IMG/VR virus record: IMGVR_UViG_3300033067_002502
Coordinates: 96,001-160,000 of that record
Origin: a virus
Taxonomy: Duplodnaviria > Caudoviricetes
DNA length: 64,000 nt
Reading direction: 5' to 3' (one strand)
Shown here in pieces: positions 57,807 through 64,000 of this stretch. The number at the start of each line of letters is the position of its first letter. The stretch's first letter is position 1. The position numbers were made by a program, and so were the translations under genes. The notes under the pieces were generated by a model. It had not been told where the DNA came from. It made no database searches and saw only the letters and a program-made list of their open reading frames with translations.

Positions 57807-59384
57807 ATGGCAATAACAGAATCAGAAGCTCAGGAAAAATTAATTAATTTATTAGTCAACAACCAATCTTTTATACCTGAATTCTTATCTCAAGATTTTG
57901 GACCAGAATATTTTGATGCTAAATACAAGCCGCTACTTTCTGCTATAGAATATTCTCATCAGAAATCTCAGCCTTTTACGGAAAATTATTTTTTAGACTT
58001 TATAAGTACTTCTGTTTCTAATGGTAATTATAAAGAATGGACTGGTAACGATGTTTCTAGTATTATAATTTCTCATACAAACGAAAAAAGAATATATCAA
58101 CTTGTTGTTAACTTAGACAAAGTAGATCCAGCTGATTTTCAGTTGATATGTCGTAAAGTTAAAGAATCTTATGTAAAAGAAAAAAGCGGCGACTTAATGA
58201 GTAAATTCCAAAAAGAGCAATCTAATGGATACTTACCAGCATTACAGAAATTCTCTGAAAATTTAAGCAATCTTATTGTAAGTTCTAATGACGGAAACGC
58301 TGCTACGTGGACAACTGTTGATGATTTTGGAGATGAATGGTATAAGAATCTTGAAAACGATATACTTAATCCAAAAAAAGTATTATCTACAGGAATAAAG
58401 CCTTTTGATGAAACTATGCCTATGGGATTAAATATAGGATCTTTAACTTTAATTGTTGCAGATGTTGGTGGATTTAAATCTGCATCTATGATAAACATAG
58501 GTCTAAATGTTTGTAAAGAATTTAATGAAAATGTTCTTTATGTTTCTTTAGAAATGCCAAAAGATATGTTAATGAATCGTATTATTGCCAGAGAGTCTGG
58601 TGTTGATACGGAAAAGATAAATAAGCCTAATCTTCTTTCTACTGTGGAAAAACAAAAGATTGTAGATTCAATATCATCTTTTAGGAATATTAGTCCTAAA
58701 TTTGCTATAATAGATGCTCAAGAGAGAATGGCTGTATCAAAAATTAGAGCCGAACTAGAAAAAAGAAAACATTTCTTTAAGCCAAGACTTGTTATTGTTG
58801 ACTATATTTCAATTCTTAGTCCAGAAACTTGGTATCAAAAACTTGCAGAACATTCCTGGTACGGACAGATGTGTAAAGATCTTCGTACTCTTGGCAGAAA
58901 AATGGGTTTTGGCGTTCTTTCTGCTGTGCAGTTGAATAGAGAGGCAATTAAGTCTCTTAGGGCTCAAAAGGACGGAAAGCAATCTGTTGGTTCTGACGCT
59001 CTTAGGGGTTCTCATGACTTTTCAGCAGATGCTGATAATATTTTTGTTCAGTTTCCTCATCCTGATCAGCCAAAAGAAAAGCTTTATTTATTTTGCGTTA
59101 AATCAAGAAATGGTTCAACAATGTTTGGACCATTTAAAAATCAAACAAAAGCAACTCTTGATGTTTATCCAAGTATAGGTAGAATATCAGCTTGCGTTGA
59201 TGCTTCTGTTTGGCCCAATTCTAGTGATTCTGAAGTTTCTGGATTTATAAAAAAGGGAGATGAAGCTGCTCCTATAAATCCAGATTTGGATTTATCTTTT
59301 GATCCAACTCCTCCACCAGCTCCTTTGGCAAAAAAACCAAAAGTATCTCAAAAGACTAATGACGAATTGTTGGGATTTTTATGA
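57807..59384 (+). CDS. dnaB: Replicative DNA helicase, DnaB family
   Basis: TGIKPFD, ADVGGFKS (variant Walker A), YVSLEM, VIVDY, AVQLNR, LRGS..FSADAD, KSRNG. Confidence 0.88.
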   Translation: MAITESEAQEKLINLLVNNQSFIPEFLSQDFGPEYFDAKYKPLLSAIEYSHQKSQPFTENYFLDFISTSVSNGNYKEWTGNDVSSIIISHTNEKRIYQLVVNLDKVDPADFQLICRKVKESYVKEKSGDLMSKFQKEQSNGYLPALQKFSENLSNLIVSSNDGNAATWTTVDDFGDEWYKNLENDILNPKKVLSTGIKPFDETMPMGLNIGSLTLIVADVGGFKSASMINIGLNVCKEFNENVLYVSLEMPKDMLMNRIIARESGVDTEKINKPNLLSTVEKQKIVDSISSFRNISPKFAIIDAQERMAVSKIRAELEKRKHFFKPRLVIVDYISILSPETWYQKLAEHSWYGQMCKDLRTLGRKMGFGVLSAVQLNREAIKSLRAQKDGKQSVGSDALRGSHDFSADADNIFVQFPHPDQPKEKLYLFCVKSRNGSTMFGPFKNQTKATLDVYPSIGRISACVDASVWPNSSDSEVSGFIKKGDEAAPINPDLDLSFDPTPPPAPLAKKPKVSQKTNDELLGFL

Positions 59385-60016
59385 GTCTAATTTTTGACAC
59401 TATAGTTAAGTCTATTAAAATTACAGACTATCTTTCATCTAAGAATATTAAGTATGATATTCATAATGGAAATAGGTATCGTTATAAATGCCCTCTGCCA
59501 GGTCATAAAAAAGATAATACTCCATCATTCTTTGTTTATGATAAGTCAGATAGACAGGATTTTTGCTGTTTTGGATGTAAAACATCAGGCAGTATTATTC
59601 AACTAGTTTCTGCTTATGAGCAAAAATCAATAAAGGATACAGTAAAGAAATTAGCAGATGGTTTGAATATAAATATAGATGATGTTATTGATACTTTGCT
59701 TAGAGAAATTATAAGTACAATAAATTCAGAAGAAAAAAGCGATAAATCCGAACAGATACTTTCCACTTCTTTGTTTATAGGAGTTCATATTCATGATTTT
59801 CTTGTAAAAGTGAATTTCGACTCAGAAGAGTTAGTAATTGCTGAAAAAGTTTTTTCTTTAGTGGATAGTCTTGTTAAAATACAGAATATTGACGAATTAG
59901 AACAATTGTCGCTTTCTCTTCCGTTAAAAACTAAACAAAGATATCAAATGTATTTAGAGAGAGTAAAATCAGAAGAAATACAAAACTTAAAAAGAATAAA
60001 ATTATATGCAGATTAA
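59381..60016 (+). CDS. DnaG-type CHC2 zinc-finger protein (primase Zn-binding domain only)
   Basis: CPLPGH..DNTPSF...CFGC..SG. Only 211 aa, with no TOPRIM motifs. Confidence 0.8.
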   Translation: MSLIFDTIVKSIKITDYLSSKNIKYDIHNGNRYRYKCPLPGHKKDNTPSFFVYDKSDRQDFCCFGCKTSGSIIQLVSAYEQKSIKDTVKKLADGLNINIDDVIDTLLREIISTINSEEKSDKSEQILSTSLFIGVHIHDFLVKVNFDSEELVIAEKVFSLVDSLVKIQNIDELEQLSLSLPLKTKQRYQMYLERVKSEEIQNLKRIKLYAD

Positions 60017-60773
60017 ATACGAATTACATAATCTTGATTGTAAAGATTTGGTAACAGATCCTGTTTCTCTTGTTTATATGGACCCTCCATATAGTTGTTT
60101 ATCTGAAGATATCTATTATGGGGTAGGAGATACTTTGGATGAATTTGTTGAATACATGAAGGTTAGATTAACTAATATAAAAAGTATAATGGCTAAGAAT
60201 TCAAATATTCTTGTTCATATGGATTATAAAGCTATTCATTATATAAAAGTAATGATGGATGAACTTTTTGGTAGGGATAATTTTAGAAATGAGATTATAT
60301 GGTGCTTTAGCAACCCTGCAAGTACTAAAAGATGGCTTCCTAGAAAGCATAATACTATTTTGTGGTACGGTATGGGCGATTATTCATTCAATCAGCCTCG
60401 TATACCATATAAGACAAAAATGAACGTTGGAGGAGATTCTGCTTGGTCTAAGGAAAAAATTCCTTGGGAACATTATGAAAAAAAGGGAAAGCTGCTTGAA
60501 GATTGGTGGATAGATATCCCGGCTATTTGTCGTAATGAGCCAGAAAAAAACGGATATGCAACTCAAAAACCATTTCAACTTATGAAAAGAATAGTAGATA
60601 CCTGGAGTAATGAGGGAGATCGTATTTTAGATCCATTTTGCGGTAGCGGTTCTTTATTAGAAGCAGGTGCTTCTATTGGAAGAATTGCTGTTGGGAGCGA
60701 TAAGAATCCAGCAGCTATAGAAATTGCAAAAACAAGATTAGAATCATTGAAGAATAATATTTTTTCGGAATAA
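60006..60773 (+). CDS. DNA methyltransferase, beta class (probably N6-adenine)
   Basis: YMDPPY precedes RILDPFCGSGS; also FRNEIIW and YATQKP. Confidence 0.9.
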   Translation: MQIKYELHNLDCKDLVTDPVSLVYMDPPYSCLSEDIYYGVGDTLDEFVEYMKVRLTNIKSIMAKNSNILVHMDYKAIHYIKVMMDELFGRDNFRNEIIWCFSNPASTKRWLPRKHNTILWYGMGDYSFNQPRIPYKTKMNVGGDSAWSKEKIPWEHYEKKGKLLEDWWIDIPAICRNEPEKNGYATQKPFQLMKRIVDTWSNEGDRILDPFCGSGSLLEAGASIGRIAVGSDKNPAAIEIAKTRLESLKNNIFSE

Positions 60774-60775
60774 AA

Positions 60776-61651
60776 ATGACAAATAATATTGAAGAAATTT
60801 TGAATACAATCATATTAGATGATGTTCTTTTAGGTCTTGCTAAAATTCCAGATGAATCTGTTCATTTAGTAGCGTCGTCACCTCCTTACAATGTTGACTT
60901 AAAAGGCTACAAGAATAGAGATGATAATGAACTTTATAGTGTTTATTTAGAATGGCTAAAAGATATTATGATTCATTGTAAAAGGATTCTTGTTGATGGT
61001 GGTAGGTTGGTCATAAATATAGATGCAATGACTAATAGACAAGAAGATTCTGATAAGGAATATGTTAGACCAATATATGCAGATCTTGTTAATATAGGAA
61101 GAGAAATAGGATTGAATTTTCGTACAGAGATATGCTGGTATAAGCAAAATGGAGTAGGAAGAAAGACTGCTTGGGGTTCATATTGCTCTTGTTCTAATCC
61201 TATTATAAGAAGAAATCATGAGTATCTTTTGGTTTGGTCAAAAGGTGATTGGAAACTTGATGGAGATCCTGAATTATCAGATATGACCGCTGAAGAATTT
61301 CAAAAATGGACATTTTCAACTTGGTTTGTTCAGCCAGAAACTAGAAATAGAAACAACCATCCAGCTCCATTTCCAGAAGAGCTAATAAAAAGAGTAATAA
61401 AGCTTTTTTCATATAGAGGAAATACAGTTCTTGATCCTTTTAGCGGAACAGGTACTACGGCTGTTGTTGCAAAGATGTTTGGAAGGAATTATATTGGTAT
61501 TGATAATTCTAAATCAGATGTTGAGTATTCTGTAGATAGAATATCTTCTGTTGTTAATATATTTGACAATTACGTTCCTCGTTCTAAACGAATGGAAATA
61601 GAAAAGTCAGATAAAAATGTCGAAGATATAGGTATGAATGAGGTTTTTTGA
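60776..61651 (+). CDS. DNA methyltransferase, beta class (SPPY, probably N4-cytosine)
   Basis: SSPPYN, HEY, HPAPFPEEL, VLDPFSGTGTT. Confidence 0.9.
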   Translation: MTNNIEEILNTIILDDVLLGLAKIPDESVHLVASSPPYNVDLKGYKNRDDNELYSVYLEWLKDIMIHCKRILVDGGRLVINIDAMTNRQEDSDKEYVRPIYADLVNIGREIGLNFRTEICWYKQNGVGRKTAWGSYCSCSNPIIRRNHEYLLVWSKGDWKLDGDPELSDMTAEEFQKWTFSTWFVQPETRNRNNHPAPFPEELIKRVIKLFSYRGNTVLDPFSGTGTTAVVAKMFGRNYIGIDNSKSDVEYSVDRISSVVNIFDNYVPRSKRMEIEKSDKNVEDIGMNEVF

Positions 61652-62121
61652 TGGAATTTGAAATACAATTTTCAGATCGAACTTTACTTGAAGCAAATGG
61701 AGAATTTGCTAAAGTTTGTAAAATTATGAAAAAAGAAGCAATAGAAAGAGGCTCTATTGGTAGTAGGGAAGAATGGGTTATTCGTTCTAAAATATCTATA
61801 TTAAATCCATTTGGATTTACTATGTTTATTTGTAGTTTTTATAATACTGGGAAGGTTTACATATCTGAATACATGCCTTCTAGTAAAGATATACATAATA
61901 CAGATATTAGATCTCTGACCTATTGGTGTAATGAATTTGGTTGGAAAACTCCAGAGCCAATGCCTTCTATTGTTGAATCATGGCCTGATTTTTGGAAAAA
62001 AGAGTGGGAAACTTTTATTGTTGATTCTTCTTTTTTAGATAAAAAATTTGGTACAAGAAAAGAAATGCAATTTGAAGATAAAACAGATAGTCAAAATGAA
62101 GATAATGACGATAATGAATAA
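61648..62121 (+). CDS. Hypothetical protein
   Basis: 157-aa ORF coupled to the upstream stop; the ATG at 61651 is a likely start. Confidence 0.55.
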   Translation: MMEFEIQFSDRTLLEANGEFAKVCKIMKKEAIERGSIGSREEWVIRSKISILNPFGFTMFICSFYNTGKVYISEYMPSSKDIHNTDIRSLTYWCNEFGWKTPEPMPSIVESWPDFWKKEWETFIVDSSFLDKKFGTRKEMQFEDKTDSQNEDNDDNE

Positions 62122-62347
62122 TATGAGTTTCTTATGTCATTCATGCGGTTTTGAAAACAATAAAAGAGATAATGTTTATGGAACTATTTGTATAAATTGT
62201 AATAAGTATGTTCCGCCAGAAAACAAATCTCAATTAGTTAAAGAATGCGAAAATAGATTTAAGAGAAATCAGTTAATAATATTACAGTATTTGAAGAAAA
62301 AAATATTAGGAGAAAAGAATGGCAATAAAATCAAAAAAGAAGATTGA
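62114..62347 (+). CDS. Small Zn-ribbon protein
   Basis: CHSC...CINC. The ATG at 62114 overlaps the end of the upstream gene and is preferred over TTG at 62048. Confidence 0.45.
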   Translation: MNNMSFLCHSCGFENNKRDNVYGTICINCNKYVPPENKSQLVKECENRFKRNQLIILQYLKKKILGEKNGNKIKKED

Positions 62348-62939
62348 CTTTGAATATGAATTTGAATCACAAAATGTGTCTTATACAATATCTTTGAGAT
62401 TTTATCATACAGATGATTATGGTCCAACTATTGCAGTACTAGATGATTCTGGAGAGCCTGTTATGAATCTCCCAGTTGCTATTTTTCCAGAAGTTTCAGA
62501 TTTTCTTACTGAACAAGGAATAATAGAAAGCAAAAAAACTCTTGCAATACCTAGTATTCCTGCAAGATTACAGAAACCTTTACCTTCTCTTAGTAAACCT
62601 AATACTATTCCAAAACAAAGGCTTATTGCAACAAGGACAGTTATTAATCCTTTAAAAATAGGTAATAAAAATATTGAAAATGCAGTACCAGTTGATCTTG
62701 AAAGTGAAGAAGAAGATCAAATAGATGCTCCAGATGATATGAAAGCAGCTTTAATCGCAGAAAAAAATAGATTAGAAGGAATACAGTCCGCTATTGAAGA
62801 CTCTGTGCCAGCCCAATCTCTTTCTTCTACTGCTAATCAAGAATCGCTTTCTGATGAAGAAATTGAGCAAATGTTAAATGATAGAAAAAAAGCATCTACT
62901 AAGCAAAAATCTACAGAAAGCTCTATTCGTAGGAAGTAA
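62319..62939 (+). CDS. Hypothetical protein
   Basis: 206 aa; AGGAG upstream. Confidence 0.6.
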   Translation: MAIKSKKKIDFEYEFESQNVSYTISLRFYHTDDYGPTIAVLDDSGEPVMNLPVAIFPEVSDFLTEQGIIESKKTLAIPSIPARLQKPLPSLSKPNTIPKQRLIATRTVINPLKIGNKNIENAVPVDLESEEEDQIDAPDDMKAALIAEKNRLEGIQSAIEDSVPAQSLSSTANQESLSDEEIEQMLNDRKKASTKQKSTESSIRRK

Positions 62940-62941
62940 TA

Positions 62942-63166
62942 ATGAGCTTATATAAGTGTAAATTAATTCCCATAGATAGACTTCTTGTTGGGCCAACGGG
63001 AGTTATTACTCCTTTATGTAACGATTGTCAAACAAAAGATTGTTCAAATCCAATTGAGCCAGTTAGTTTTACTGTTTTTGGCAAAAAAGTCTCATGGAGA
63101 ATATATAAGAAATATGCATCTGCTTCTATCGTTGTGCAGTGTGCCGGTCATAGTAGAGATGGATAA
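62942..63166 (+). CDS. Small Cys-rich hypothetical protein
   Basis: CNDCQTKDC..C; tightly packed after the upstream stop. Confidence 0.55.
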   Translation: MSLYKCKLIPIDRLLVGPTGVITPLCNDCQTKDCSNPIEPVSFTVFGKKVSWRIYKKYASASIVVQCAGHSRDG

Positions 63167-63177
63167 GAGAGGTAAGT

Positions 63178-63456
63178 ATTCCTTTATATAAATATGAAAT
63201 TCTAGATGAAAAAGGTAATTCTACAAATGAATTTGTAGAAATTATGCAAAAAATGAGCGAAGACCATCTAACTATAGATCCTGACACAGGAAAACCGATT
63301 CGTCGTGTTATATGCTGTCCAACAGTTAGAGATGGACGACCAGCTTGGGAAAGGTGTTCTGATGTTAGAGATCATATTCGCAGAACTAAACCTAAATGGG
63401 TTAATGATAAAGAAAAAGGCATAAAAGAAAAGTTCGATCCTAAGAAGCATGGATAA
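63178..63456 (+). CDS. FmdB-like regulatory protein (Cys-less variant), probable ATT start
   Basis: The in-frame extension reads (I/M)PLYKYE...FVEIMQKMSEDHLTIDPDTGKPIRRVI. GAGGT lies 4 nt upstream of the ATT. Confidence 0.6.
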   Translation: MPLYKYEILDEKGNSTNEFVEIMQKMSEDHLTIDPDTGKPIRRVICCPTVRDGRPAWERCSDVRDHIRRTKPKWVNDKEKGIKEKFDPKKHG

Positions 63457-63458
63457 TC

Positions 63459-63806
63459 ATGAGATATGTTCGCAAACAAATTACAACTCAAATAATAGCT
63501 GATGAAGTCGTTGATGATGTCGAAGTTATCAAAGGAATACTTAAGACGTTTAATCAAGTAAAAACAGACGTATCAATTAGCTATAGAAAAAATAAAATGG
63601 ATATGCTTTCTTCTCACGAAAGAGTAAGAATTGTGTCTGTATTTGAAGATACTTTTGATATAACCGTTATAAATACAACAAGTAGTATGATAGTTAGAAA
63701 AATACCAATTTCAAATATTGAATATCTTGCTTCTACAATATCTCCTTCAGAGATATTTCTAAAAAAAGATTGTGTTAGCAAGGGCGATACACTAGATATG
63801 TCATAA
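63459..63806 (+). CDS. Hypothetical protein
   Basis: 115-aa ORF starting 2 nt after the upstream stop. Confidence 0.55.
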   Translation: MRYVRKQITTQIIADEVVDDVEVIKGILKTFNQVKTDVSISYRKNKMDMLSSHERVRIVSVFEDTFDITVINTTSSMIVRKIPISNIEYLASTISPSEIFLKKDCVSKGDTLDMS

Positions 63807-63854
63807 AGCAGTGTTTTACAAGAAATATTGCCTAATTATTGACGAATAATAATA

Positions 63855-64000
63855 ATGAGTAAAACGTTATCTAATGCAGATTTTGTACATTTACATTGCC
63901 ACTCGGAATATTCATCTTTTGATGGATTGAATAAAATTTCCCAATTCCCAAAAGCTGCAAAAGAAATGGGATTTAATGCACTTGCTCTAACAGATCACGG
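63855..64000 (+). CDS. dnaE: DNA polymerase III alpha subunit, PHP domain (3'-truncated by the window; not in the ORF track)
   Basis: Translates as [48 protein letters not shown](G), the HLHxHSEYS..DG / ALTDHG signature. A stand-alone PHP protein cannot be excluded. Confidence 0.85.
   Translation, partial: MSKTLSNADFVHLHCHSEYSSFDGLNKISQFPKAAKEMGFNALALTDH

Noticed and set aside
8166-63557. Short minus-strand and nested plus-strand ORFs in the track (e.g. 8166-8387, 51461-51835, 58169-58498, 62985-63191)
   Set aside because: They lie within or across longer, better-supported plus-strand genes and have no recognisable motifs. Treated as shadow ORFs.
1-64000. Alternative genetic code (TAG/TGA recoding)
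   Set aside because: Multi-kb ORFs are intact in the standard code, and TAG and TGA end genes at sensible boundaries (e.g. 51154, 56911).
1-64000. tRNA, rRNA or intrinsic terminators
   Set aside because: The intergenic gaps are very short and AT-rich. I saw no cloverleaf and no GC hairpin followed by a U-tract.

Overview
AT-rich (roughly 30% GC by eye), densely packed window, entirely plus-strand, that reads as part of a large (jumbo-type) bacteriophage genome. Positions 1-43295 encode very large putative virion/adhesion proteins (up to 3230 aa) built from Ig-like, FN3, PKD, LamG, Kelch, beta-propeller, VWA and glycosidase-like modules. Positions 43296-47058 hold three glycosyltransferases and a metallophosphoesterase. 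Positions 48602-64000 form a replication/DNA-modification module: an intein-containing SF2 helicase, three orphan DNA methyltransferases, a Ycf46-like AAA+ ATPase, a DnaC-like loader, DnaB, a stand-alone primase Zn-finger and the start of dnaE. The strongest finding is that the AAA+ ATPase is encoded by two separate genes joined by an atypically split intein. A 23-aa basic IntN and a 126-aa IntC with an acidic N-terminus sit in the Walker A loop, and a second cis intein lies before Walker B, so the enzyme would need one trans- and one cis-splicing event. Other highlights are a VWA domain interrupted by about 2000 aa, a GH56 hyaluronidase-like domain on an 11-PKD stalk, and an FmdB-like gene that appears to start at AUU. 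All family calls come from motif recognition by eye; no database searches were run.
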